A stretch of 64,000 nt of DNA from Candidatus Nomurabacteria bacterium. GTDB taxonomy: Bacteria; Patescibacteriota; Minisyncoccia; Phycocordibacterales; UBA9973. The stretch spans positions 44,513-108,512 of the forward strand of contig CAWJHU010000002.1 in the NCBI GenBank assembly GCA_963842815.1, read 5' to 3'. The notes beneath the pieces are model-generated. The model was not told the DNA's origin. It made no database searches and worked only from the letters and a program-made list of their open reading frames with translations. The translations under genes were made by a program, and so were the position numbers. Shown here in pieces: positions 9,135 to 17,816 of this stretch. Numbering within the stretch: position 1 is the first letter of the stretch; each line of letters begins with the position of its first letter.

Positions 9135-10775
9135 ATGGAATCCAGTGAAATTAGGTCAAGATTTTTAAAATTTTTTGAGGCTCGCGGGCATAAAATAATT
9201 CCTTCGTCTTCCTTAATACCCGAAAATGACCCTTCGGTGCTTTTTACCACTGCCGGAATGCAGCAATTTAAAAAATATTATACTAATCCAAAAGATGCCG
9301 AAAAAGATTTTGGCAGCTTGAACGTAGCCACAATTCAAAAATGTGTCCGCACCGGAGATATTGAGGAAGTGGGGGATTCTTCGCACCTGACATTTTTTGA
9401 AATGCTGGGCAACTTTTCCTTCGGTGGCTATGGCAGAAAAGAAGCGATAGAATACGCCTATGAATTTATTGTTAAAGAACTGGGTTTAGAAATTTCTTAC
9501 GTAACGGTTCACAAGGGAAGCAAAAATGTTCCCAAAGATGAAGAATCGGAAAAAATTTGGCAGAAAATCGGAATTAAAAATATAAAAGAAGAAGGAGAAG
9601 AAGTTTTTTGGGGTCCGACGGGGGATTCTGGCCCATGTGGTCCGACCACGGAAATTTATTGTAAAAATGCAAATGATGAAGATGTTGAAATTTGGAATAT
9701 TGTTTTCAATGAATATTTCTGCGATGGTTCTCGGGAGAAATTGGATAAAGGCGAAGCAGTCCTTAAAAAGCTTAATGTTTTGGGCGTAGATACAGGAATG
9801 GGTTTTGAAAGATTGGTTTCCATAGTGCAAAAAAAGAAAAGCGTGTATGAAACGGATTTGTTTAATAATGAAAAAACGAAGGAAGAGCGTATTGTGGCGG
9901 ACCATATAAAGGCTGCACTTTTTATTATTTCAGATAAAATAATTCCTTCAAATACCGGAGCCGGATACGTTTTACGCAGATTAATTAGACGGGCAGTCAG
10001 GTTTTCCAAAGAACCGCTAGAAAAAATAATTGAAAGAAATAAAAAACTTTATGAAAAGATTTATATTCTTGACGATAGGAGAGAAATAGAAAAAGAAGAG
10101 AAAAAATTCAAGGAAACGCTTAAGCGCGGATTGAAAGAATTTGAAAAAGGCATTGACCCGTTTATTTTAGCTACTACCTACGGTTTCCCCATAGAACTAA
10201 CCCTTGAATTAGCCGAGGAAAAGGGAATAAAAATAAATCTTGAAGATTTTAATAAAAAAATGGCAGAGCACCAAAAGCTTTCCCAAACCGCATCAGCCGG
10301 AATGTTTAAAGGTGGGCTTACAGATGCCAGTGAAGAAACTAAAAAATTGCACACAGCCACGCATTTATTAAATGCAGCTCTTAGACAAGTATTGGGTTCT
10401 CATGTAATGCAAAAAGGAAGCAATATTACTGCCGAACGATTGCGTTTTGATTTTTCCCATCCGCAAAAAATGACCGAAGAAGAAAAGAAAAAAGTGGAAG
10501 AAATAGTAAATGACAAAATTGCCGAAAAATTGCCGATTAGTTTTGAGGAAATACCCAAAGCGGAAGCGGAAAAAATTGCCCTGCATTCTTTCAATGAAAA
10601 ATATGGCGAAACGGTAAAAGTTTATTCCATTGGAGACGAAAAAACAGGTTATTTCAGCCGAGAATTTTGCGGTGGTCCGCATGTGAAAAATACTTACGAA
10701 TTAGGCCATTTTAAAATTCAAAAAGAAGAAGCCGTTTCCGCAGGCGTTAGGCGCATAAAAGCCGTTCTTGAATAA
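9135..10775 (+). CDS. alaS: alanine--tRNA ligase, short form (catalytic, tRNA-recognition and editing domains; no C-Ala domain)
   Basis: The AlaRS N-terminus is FLKFFEARGHKIIPSSSLIPENDPSVLFTTAGMQQFK. The editing-domain motifs HTATHLLNAAL and CGGPHV are present. The protein ends after the editing domain at 546 aa, versus ~870 aa for canonical AlaRS. Confidence 0.85.
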   Translation: MESSEIRSRFLKFFEARGHKIIPSSSLIPENDPSVLFTTAGMQQFKKYYTNPKDAEKDFGSLNVATIQKCVRTGDIEEVGDSSHLTFFEMLGNFSFGGYGRKEAIEYAYEFIVKELGLEISYVTVHKGSKNVPKDEESEKIWQKIGIKNIKEEGEEVFWGPTGDSGPCGPTTEIYCKNANDEDVEIWNIVFNEYFCDGSREKLDKGEAVLKKLNVLGVDTGMGFERLVSIVQKKKSVYETDLFNNEKTKEERIVADHIKAALFIISDKIIPSNTGAGYVLRRLIRRAVRFSKEPLEKIIERNKKLYEKIYILDDRREIEKEEKKFKETLKRGLKEFEKGIDPFILATTYGFPIELTLELAEEKGIKINLEDFNKKMAEHQKLSQTASAGMFKGGLTDASEETKKLHTATHLLNAALRQVLGSHVMQKGSNITAERLRFDFSHPQKMTEEEKKKVEEIVNDKIAEKLPISFEEIPKAEAEKIALHSFNEKYGETVKVYSIGDEKTGYFSREFCGGPHVKNTYELGHFKIQKEEAVSAGVRRIKAVLE

Positions 10776-10796
10776 TTTTAATAAATATGGTAGAAT
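10768..10796 (+). promoter_or_regulatory. promoter (TTGAAT, 17-nt spacer, TAGAAT) predicted to give a leaderless transcript
   Basis: The -10 element ends 6 nt before the ATG at 10803, so the predicted transcription start coincides with the start codon. Confidence 0.5.
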
Positions 10797-10802
10797 ATAA
10801 CC

Positions 10803-12635
10803 ATGGAAAATGATTTTTTAAAAAAGAAATATGACCTGCATAATTCACCGGAAGTCAAATCATCGGCTAAAAGAACAGAATCAAGAACCGGCGAAAAAGT
10901 GCCGCAAAATCCAAGCGAGCAGATTCAGAACTACCTTAATCGATTCAGGGAAATTATAGACCGCAAAGATCCCGAACAAAGAGAGCAGGGCATGGAAGCC
11001 CTAAAGAAAGTTTTATACGATAAATTTATTATTAAGCCGGAAGAAATTCCAGAATCATATTTTGAAAATCAAAAAAGAATTGCTCGGGAACAAGGGCATG
11101 GCGATATAGAAATTACAGATGAAATACGTAACCAGCTTACGGAAGTAATAATTTCCGACCAGCAAAGTACCCTGAATAATTGGATTGACTATCTTTCTTC
11201 GCCCGATGCCGCCTATCCCGATTGGCTCAAATATTATGCCTTCAGGAGCATTCTCGGGATGGGCGCTTATGATAAAGAAAAGAAAGAATTTGCCAAAAGA
11301 TCTAAGGGAACTACAAAACCATTTCCGGACATTAACCGCGAGGCTCTAGCCTATGTTTTGGATGCCATTTCCCAAAAATACGGCAAACATCACGTTGATT
11401 TGCTGGCCCTGGAACCGGAAGAGAAAAAGGAATTTGAAAAACTTTTGGAAGGAGAAAATTTTTCCAAACTTTACGCTTGGGCGCTTGATAAAACAGCCAT
11501 TGCTCCGACGGAATCTTTGGAAAAAGTAGCCGGCAGATGGATAAAATATCCCCAAAATTCTGACCACGCGCCTTTAGTTGAGTCCCTTCAGGGTTATGGC
11601 ACTGGCTGGTGCGTGGCTGGAGAATCCGTAGCTAAAAACTATTTGGAGCTTGGAGATTTTTATATTTATTATTCCATTGATAAAAAAGGCAAACCAACTA
11701 TTCCAAGAGCTGCAATTCAGATGAATGGAAACCAAATTGGCCAAGTTCGCGGAGTTGCCCCCGAACAAAATCTGGACCCGTATATTGGCAGCGTGGTGCA
11801 GGAAAAGCTCAAAGAATTTCCCGATGGAAAAGCTTATGAGAAAAAAGTTGGGGATATGAAAATTCTGACTGCCATTGAAAATAAAATCAAAAAAGGAATT
11901 GAGCTTTCTAAAGAAGACCTTACTTTCATTTACGAAATCAACACAACCATTGAAGGTTTCGGTTATCAGCGCGACCCGCGTATTGCTGAACTGCGAGCTG
12001 GGAGAAATGTTAAACAAGATGCAGTAATTATTTTTGAATGCGCTGAAAATCAAATTGCTTACAATATAAATGAGGTAAATAAAAACACCAAAGCATATGT
12101 CGGGAAATGGAGTCCGGAAATTATGAAGAAACTTCCTAAAAATATTGAGCATCTTTATGAATCATTTCCGGAGAAGAAGATATTTCAAAAAACTATTGAA
12201 CTCACGACTAAAACTCCCAAAGAATACGCGCAAGAACTGATTTCCCAAGGGTATAAAATATCGAATTGGGCTCAAGATATTTTAAATAAAATAGAATCAC
12301 TTAAACAAAAAGAAGAGATAGACTTAGTATCATTTTCCGTGGAACAACTTGGGTTCCCGAATGGCGCCACATTGCAAGAAATATATGATAGGGCAAAAGA
12401 ATTTAAGTTAGAACTTTGTCCGTCACAAGCTGGTCCCGAACTTCGTTTGAATTACAAAGACCAGCCTAATGGCGAATATTTAAAAGTCGCGATGGAACCA
12501 ATTAACGACCGTGATGGCGACCCGGGCTTGTTCGGGGTGGACCGCGGCGGCTCCGAGTCGTGGCTCAGCGGCGGCGATGGCGGGCTGGGCGGTTGGGGTG
12601 GCGGCGATCGTTTCGTCTTTCGTTTCCGCAAGTAA
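10803..12635 (+). CDS. hypothetical protein; putative DGR target with C-terminal variable region (CLec/FGE-like tail)
   Basis: 610-aa ORF. The C-terminus ...DRGGSESWLSGGDGGLGGWGGGDRFVFRFRK overlaps a repeat whose second copy lies downstream with adenine-specific differences. Confidence 0.7.
   Translation: MENDFLKKKYDLHNSPEVKSSAKRTESRTGEKVPQNPSEQIQNYLNRFREIIDRKDPEQREQGMEALKKVLYDKFIIKPEEIPESYFENQKRIAREQGHGDIEITDEIRNQLTEVIISDQQSTLNNWIDYLSSPDAAYPDWLKYYAFRSILGMGAYDKEKKEFAKRSKGTTKPFPDINREALAYVLDAISQKYGKHHVDLLALEPEEKKEFEKLLEGENFSKLYAWALDKTAIAPTESLEKVAGRWIKYPQNSDHAPLVESLQGYGTGWCVAGESVAKNYLELGDFYIYYSIDKKGKPTIPRAAIQMNGNQIGQVRGVAPEQNLDPYIGSVVQEKLKEFPDGKAYEKKVGDMKILTAIENKIKKGIELSKEDLTFIYEINTTIEGFGYQRDPRIAELRAGRNVKQDAVIIFECAENQIAYNINEVNKNTKAYVGKWSPEIMKKLPKNIEHLYESFPEKKIFQKTIELTTKTPKEYAQELISQGYKISNWAQDILNKIESLKQKEEIDLVSFSVEQLGFPNGATLQEIYDRAKEFKLELCPSQAGPELRLNYKDQPNGEYLKVAMEPINDRDGDPGLFGVDRGGSESWLSGGDGGLGGWGGGDRFVFRFRK
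12503..12632 (+). repeat. DGR-like variable repeat (VR) at the 3' end of the target gene
   Basis: It aligns with 13008..13140. There are 24 substitutions, all at positions where the downstream copy has A (23 A to G, 1 A to C). There is one 3-nt indel. Confidence 0.7.
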
Positions 12636-13007
12636 CTTAGAACTCAGACACTTAAGCACTTGGAATTTTACTCTTTGATTCTTGTGTCCTTTGACCTTTT
12701 TTCTTTTTTAATTTTTTTAAATAAAAATGATATACTTAATATGGGTAAGGTGAATATGCGAGCGGTCAAGACTTCTCGGTGCCTAACCTAGTATCCATAT
12801 ATCGAGAATATCCACGGCTAAGGCTTTGGGTAGAGTGGTATATACAGAAACTTCATCCTTCAATAAAACTCAGGATGATCCTGAGCGGAGTCGAATGGAT
12901 CAAAAAATGAAGATACTTGGTGTGCGATACTGGTGCATTTAAGATGCAAAATAAAATTCAATCTTTGGAACAATCTGGGGATGGTGACATAGATGGTATT
13001 GCATACA

Positions 13008-13140
13008 TAACGACCGTGATAGCAACCCGAACTTGTTCAAGGTGAACCGCAACGGCTCCGAGTCGTGGCTCAACAACGACAATGGCAGGCTGGACAATCA
13101 TTGGAATGGCGACAATCGTTTCGTCTTTCGTTTCCGAAAA
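13008..13140 (+). repeat. DGR-like template repeat (TR), non-coding, AAC-rich
   Basis: No ORF covers it. It is rich in AAC codons in the frame corresponding to the VR (…NDRDSNPNLFKVNRNGSESWLNNDNGRLDNHWNGDNRFVFRFRK). A GC hairpin terminator follows. Confidence 0.7.
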
Positions 13141-13151
13141 TCTCTTCTTTT

Positions 13152-13186
13152 CCGCGCTTATTTATTAGGCGCGGTTTTTCTTTTTA
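13152..13186 (+). terminator. rho-independent terminator after the TR
   Basis: CCGCGC, an 11-nt loop, then GCGCGG, followed by TTTTTCTTTTT. Confidence 0.5.
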
Positions 13187-13237
13187 ATTGAATTTCAAAT
13201 ACTGTCTTTTTTATGGATTATTTTGTATAATTAAATT

Positions 13238-14413
13238 ATGGGAATCTTTTCTGGGAAAAAAGAAGAAAAGAAACTAGCACTGGTCTTTGATCTTGGCTCT
13301 TCCTCTGTCGGAGGCGCAGTTTTTGAGATGGAAAAATCCGGAACCCCTAAAATAATTTTATCTATTCGTGAACCCATAATTCTTGAAGAAAAATTTAATG
13401 AGGCCCGTTTTCTGTTTCTGTCCCTCAAATCTCTTGATGTGGTGGCCGGCAAAATATGTAGAATGGGTATCGGGAAGCCAGCCAGGATTTTTTGCGTTCT
13501 TTCTTCGCCCTGGTATGCTTCCCAAACCAGGATTATCAAACTTGAAAAGAATGTACCATTTTTATTTACCTCAAAATTGGCCGATGAGCTGATTAAAAAA
13601 GAAATCAGCCTTTTGGAGGAAGAACATTTAGCCAAATTTTCGCAAACGCATGATAAAATTCGTCCCATTGAATTTAAAAATGTAAAAATCATGCTGAATG
13701 GCTATCCGACCTCTGCCCCTTTTGGTAAAAAAACTAAAACCCTTGAAATGATTATTTTTGTTTCCATGAGCAGCGAGCAGGTATTAAAAAAAATAGAAGA
13801 TACTATTTTCAAACATTTTCATTCCAAAGATATAAAATTTTCTTCTTTTGCCATGGCCTCTTTTACGGTGGCCCGAGATATGTTTGCTAAACAGGAGAGC
13901 TTTCTTTTGGTTGATATCGGCGGAGAAATGACGGATATTTCCATGATAAAAAAAGACATATTGAGCAATTCCATTTCATACCCTCTGGGGCCTAATTTTA
14001 TGGTGCGCGGATTGGCTAATAGTCTCAATTGCATTTTGAGCGAAGCAAAATCTTTAATTTCTCTTTATAGAGATGAACATGCTTTGGAGTCCACCAAGAA
14101 AAAACTTGACCCGATTATAAATAAATTAAAAACAGAATGGCTGAATGAATTTCAAAAATCTTTAAAAAATCTTTCAAGTAATATTTCTGTTCCGGCCACT
14201 ATTTTTGTAACCGTAGACCAGGATTTGGCTGATTTTTTCTCAAAAATTATCAAGGCGGAACAATTTGGCCAAAATATTTTAACCGCATCGGAATTTAAAA
14301 TAATTGTTTTAGACCCCCAAACGCTTCATGGCATTACTCTTTTTAAAGATAATGTTAATCGCGACCCGTTTCTTATTATTGAATCCGTTTATATTAATCG
14401 CTTTATTTGCTAA
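13238..14413 (+). CDS. actin-like ATPase, PilM/FtsA-like
   Basis: N-terminal LALVFDLGSSSVGGAVFE (phosphate-1-like) and a later LLVDIGGEMTDIS (phosphate-2/adenosine-like). 391 aa. Confidence 0.5.
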   Translation: MGIFSGKKEEKKLALVFDLGSSSVGGAVFEMEKSGTPKIILSIREPIILEEKFNEARFLFLSLKSLDVVAGKICRMGIGKPARIFCVLSSPWYASQTRIIKLEKNVPFLFTSKLADELIKKEISLLEEEHLAKFSQTHDKIRPIEFKNVKIMLNGYPTSAPFGKKTKTLEMIIFVSMSSEQVLKKIEDTIFKHFHSKDIKFSSFAMASFTVARDMFAKQESFLLVDIGGEMTDISMIKKDILSNSISYPLGPNFMVRGLANSLNCILSEAKSLISLYRDEHALESTKKKLDPIINKLKTEWLNEFQKSLKNLSSNISVPATIFVTVDQDLADFFSKIIKAEQFGQNILTASEFKIIVLDPQTLHGITLFKDNVNRDPFLIIESVYINRFIC

Positions 14414-15684
14414 AATATATTTATATGTCAAGACATTTATTACAAGATATGGTAAAAGTAAAAACTTCTCAGCCCATCTCCATAAAAGTTGTCAGGGATG
14501 AGAAGGGAGAAGAAAGAATCCCCGACAAAATAAAAAAAACCAACAAAAGCTCAAAATACAGGATTTATTTTGTCGCATTAATTTCCATTGTTTTTCTCCT
14601 TTTTGCTTTTTCTTTTTTATTTTCCGGAGCGAAAATTACCATAACCCCCAAAGTGCAGGAAATTCCTTTGGCCAATGAAAATTTGTCCGCCATTAAGGAT
14701 TCAAATACCCAGGATTTATCTTTTGACCTGGTGATGATTCCCGGGGAAGAAAATAAGACAATTCAGGGAGGGGAAGTAAAAGATGTGGCCATAGCTGCCA
14801 CGGGGACCGTCATTATTTATAATGCTTATAACTCTTCTCCCCAAAATCTTGATATAGATACCCGCCTGGAAGGTTCAAATGGAAAAATTTATAAAACAAA
14901 TAAAAAAATAACCGTACCGGGAATAACCAATGATGGTAAACCCGGAAGCGTGGAAGTGGGCATTTACGGAGCGGGAACCGGTGAAGGATATAACAGCGCT
15001 CCGCTTGATTTTAAGATTTTCGGTTTCAAGGGAACGCCCAAATATTCCAAGTTTTACGGAAGGTCCGAAGGAGATATTACCGGCGGGTTTACGGGAAAGT
15101 CTCCGGTTGTTTCTTCTCTGGATAAAACAACAGCGGTAAGCGAGCTTAAAGCTAAATTGGAAACGGATTTGCTGAATAAAATAACGGGCCAGATTCCGGC
15201 GGGGTTTATTTTATTTAAAGACGCGATATTTACCAGTATTGCCGACAAAGATATCAGTTTTACTCCCGACAAAGACAATACGATGTTAGCGGACGTCAAA
15301 GGCACGCTCTATGGATTTATTTTTAACGAGAAAAAACTGACGGCAAAACTAGCGGCGGATCTGATTGATAAATATGACGGAAGCGAAGTTTACATACAGA
15401 ACATTCAAGATTTGACTTTTTCTCTGGCCAATAAAGATACTGTTTCTTTTGCGGATGTGACGAATATAAATTTCAGCCTGTCGGGTACTCCTAAAATTGT
15501 TTGGAAAGTTGACGAGGCAAAATTTATTAATGATATATTAGGTAAGAAAAAAACGGATTTTAATCAAATTTTAGCGCAATATCCCAGCATTGATACCGCC
15601 CAGCTGGTCATTCGTCCTTTCTGGAAATCTTCTTTTCCGGATAAAAGCAGCGCCATCCAAGTCATCGTGAATTATCCGAAATAA
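14407..15684 (+). CDS. membrane-anchored protein (possible PilN/PilO-like partner of the preceding ATPase)
   Basis: Single N-terminal TM helix followed by a Thr/Gly-rich beta-type extracellular region. It overlaps the upstream gene by 7 nt. Confidence 0.35.
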   Translation: MLKYIYMSRHLLQDMVKVKTSQPISIKVVRDEKGEERIPDKIKKTNKSSKYRIYFVALISIVFLLFAFSFLFSGAKITITPKVQEIPLANENLSAIKDSNTQDLSFDLVMIPGEENKTIQGGEVKDVAIAATGTVIIYNAYNSSPQNLDIDTRLEGSNGKIYKTNKKITVPGITNDGKPGSVEVGIYGAGTGEGYNSAPLDFKIFGFKGTPKYSKFYGRSEGDITGGFTGKSPVVSSLDKTTAVSELKAKLETDLLNKITGQIPAGFILFKDAIFTSIADKDISFTPDKDNTMLADVKGTLYGFIFNEKKLTAKLAADLIDKYDGSEVYIQNIQDLTFSLANKDTVSFADVTNINFSLSGTPKIVWKVDEAKFINDILGKKKTDFNQILAQYPSIDTAQLVIRPFWKSSFPDKSSAIQVIVNYPK

Positions 15685-15743
15685 GCTTATTAACATTATA
15701 ATATTGACCGAGTGTTATGGATTTAGTATGATAGATTATCTTA

Positions 15744-16010
15744 ATGAGTGATCAAAAAAACGAAAAAATTTTAACGGCCAGGGGGGTTATCACGGAATCT
15801 CTGCCCTCCACTTTGTTTAGAGTAAAAATTCCTGCCCGCAATGCTTCGCAAAGCGATGCAGGCGGGGAAGATAAAGAAGATGAAAAAGAAATCTTGGCCT
15901 ATCTCTCGGGTAAAATGCGCATGCACAGAATTAAAGTTTTAATCGGGGATTCGGTGGAAGTCGTGCTGGATTCCTATGGAGGAAAGGGAAGAATAGTTAA
16001 GAGGTTGTAA
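15744..16010 (+). CDS. infA: translation initiation factor IF-1 (with ~15-aa acidic insertion)
   Basis: S1-like core ARGVITESLPSTLFRVKI...SGKMRMHRIKVLIGDSVEVVLDSYGGKGRIVKRL. The insertion is PARNASQSDAGGEDKEDEKE. Confidence 0.75.
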   Translation: MSDQKNEKILTARGVITESLPSTLFRVKIPARNASQSDAGGEDKEDEKEILAYLSGKMRMHRIKVLIGDSVEVVLDSYGGKGRIVKRL

Positions 16011-16129
16011 TTTTTTTAAGAATGGTGTATCATATTAATTACAGTTTATAAAAAGAAAAAAACATTGAAAAATAAGGGTTTTCCCCTTGTTTTTGTCTTG
16101 TTTTGATAAAGTTTGCCTTTTGAATTTTT

Positions 16130-16240
16130 ATGCGAGTCAGATCAACAGTAAAAAAAATTTGTGATAATTGTAAAATGGTCAAACGCCAAAGACATTTGCG
16201 CGTTATTTGTTCTAACCCGAAGCATAAACAAAAACAATAA
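16130..16240 (+). CDS. rpmJ: 50S ribosomal protein L36
   Basis: Manual translation gives [36 protein letters not shown] (36 aa, CxxC...C...H zinc ribbon). It lies between infA and rpsM, as in the canonical order, and is below the track's 60-aa cutoff. Confidence 0.85.
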   Translation: MRVRSTVKKICDNCKMVKRQRHLRVICSNPKHKQKQ

Positions 16241-16242
16241 TT

Positions 16243-16623
16243 ATGAGAATCCTTGGCATAACAGTACCAGACGAAAAAAGACTTGAAATCGGCTTGACCG
16301 TTCTTTATGGTATTGGCATTCCAACTGCCCGAAAAATTTTAAAACAGGTCAGTATTGATGTGGGCAAAAAAGCGAAAGATTTAACAGCTGAGGAAGAAAA
16401 TAAAATCCGCACGATAATAGAAGGAATGAAAATTGAAGGAAATTTGAAAAGAGAAATTGCCGGAAATATTAAAAGATTGAAAGACATCAAAACCTATAGG
16501 GGTATTAGGCATATGAAAAGATTGCCGGTCCGGGGGCAACGAACCAAAAGCAATTCCAGGACAGTCCGAGGGAATGTTCGAAAGACCATGGCCTCAGGGA
16601 AGAGAAAAGAAAGTAAGACTTAG
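16243..16623 (+). CDS. rpsM: 30S ribosomal protein S13
   Basis: MRILGITVPDEKRLEIGLTVLYGIGIPTARKIL and a basic C-terminus. Confidence 0.92.
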   Translation: MRILGITVPDEKRLEIGLTVLYGIGIPTARKILKQVSIDVGKKAKDLTAEEENKIRTIIEGMKIEGNLKREIAGNIKRLKDIKTYRGIRHMKRLPVRGQRTKSNSRTVRGNVRKTMASGKRKESKT

Positions 16624-16670
16624 AATTAGTGACTAGGGGCTAGAACCTAAAAACTAGAACCTAATTTATT

Positions 16671-17129
16671 ATGGGAAAAACAAAAATTACAACTGAATCA
16701 ACCGAAGAAGTAAAAAAAGGAAATGCTCCCAAAGAAGCGGAGGCAGAGGCAAAAGCAGTTGCCACAAAAACACCCAAGAAAAAAGTAACTTCCGGGATTT
16801 TGTTTGTGGATGCGACCTTCAATAATACAAAAGTTCTTTTTGGAGACAAATTAGGAAATACTTTATTTTGGTCCAGTGCCGGAACCTTGGGTTTTAGAGG
16901 AGCAAAAAAGGGGACTCCTTTTGCCGCTTCCAAAGTTGGTGATTTGATTGGCGATAAGGCAGCTGCCCTTGGAGTAAAAGATTCGGGCGTAGTAGTGCGA
17001 GGCGTCGGGTCTGGACGGGAGCCGGCTATCAGAGCATTTATGGCTCACGGCATAGAAATAACTTCCATTAAAGATGCCACCCCGGTGCCCCATAACGGAC
17101 CAAAAGCCAAAAAGCCTCGCAGAGTATAA
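16671..17129 (+). CDS. rpsK: 30S ribosomal protein S11 (Lys/Ala-rich N-terminal extension)
   Basis: GILFVDATFNNTKVLFGDKLGNTLFWSSAGTLGFRGAKKGTPFAA...GVKDSGVVVRGVGSGREPAIRA. Confidence 0.9.
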   Translation: MGKTKITTESTEEVKKGNAPKEAEAEAKAVATKTPKKKVTSGILFVDATFNNTKVLFGDKLGNTLFWSSAGTLGFRGAKKGTPFAASKVGDLIGDKAAALGVKDSGVVVRGVGSGREPAIRAFMAHGIEITSIKDATPVPHNGPKAKKPRRV

Positions 17130-17146
17130 TTTAATTTAAAATATAT

Positions 17147-17752
17147 ATGATAAGTAAACCAAAATTTAAAATAGGAAGAAGATTAGGAGCCGGAGTCTAT
17201 GACAAATGTCAAACTCCCAAGTTTTCAGCTTCTTCCGGAAAATTTGCCGGTCCCGGCGCACGTCGTCCGAAAGCCCTGTCCGAATACGGAGCTCAGCTTA
17301 TTGAAAAGCAAAAAATTCGTTTTTCCTACGGCATTACAGAACGCCAGCTTTCAAATTATGTTGAAAAAGCTTCTCGCATTAAGGGTGCGGGGACAGCCGA
17401 GAAATTTTATGAAGAACTTGAATCCCGTTTAGACAATGTGGTTTACAGAATGGGCTTGGCTCCCAGCCGTCGTGCTGCCAGGCAAATGGTTTCCCACGGA
17501 CATTTTATTGTGAATAATCATAAAATTACCATTCCTTCCTATGAAGTACAGCCGAAAGATATTATAAAAATACGCGAAGGTTCCAAGATAAAGAAAATTT
17601 TTGATAATCTAGTCGAGAGATTGAAAGATTACAATGCTCCTTCCTGGCTTTCCTTTGATACGGCTAAAATGGAAGGAATTATTTTAGCCAAGCCGAAAAA
17701 TACGGAAACCTTCCTTGATTTGAATGCCGTGCTTGAATTTTATAGTCGTTAA
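17147..17752 (+). CDS. rpsD: 30S ribosomal protein S4
   Basis: SEYGAQLIEKQKIRFSYGITERQ...LESRLDNVVYRMGLAPSRRAARQMVSHGH with an S4 domain. Confidence 0.92.
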   Translation: MISKPKFKIGRRLGAGVYDKCQTPKFSASSGKFAGPGARRPKALSEYGAQLIEKQKIRFSYGITERQLSNYVEKASRIKGAGTAEKFYEELESRLDNVVYRMGLAPSRRAARQMVSHGHFIVNNHKITIPSYEVQPKDIIKIREGSKIKKIFDNLVERLKDYNAPSWLSFDTAKMEGIILAKPKNTETFLDLNAVLEFYSR

Positions 17753-17816
17753 TTAATTCCGCGCCTTTGGCGGGATAAATATTATTAGATTTAAAAGTAA
17801 CTTTTTATAAAAAATT

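Noticed and set aside
11574-12152. 192-aa minus-strand ORF
   Set aside because: It is antisense within the DGR target gene, with no support.
12636-13007. Possible small CDS, RT or avd gene between VR and TR
   Set aside because: Only very short ORFs with stops in all frames are present. The region is treated as non-coding, possibly part of a DGR RNA.
13238-14413. Candidate reverse transcriptase next to the TR
   Set aside because: The sequence has actin-like ATPase (PilM/FtsA) motifs and no RT motifs such as YxDD.
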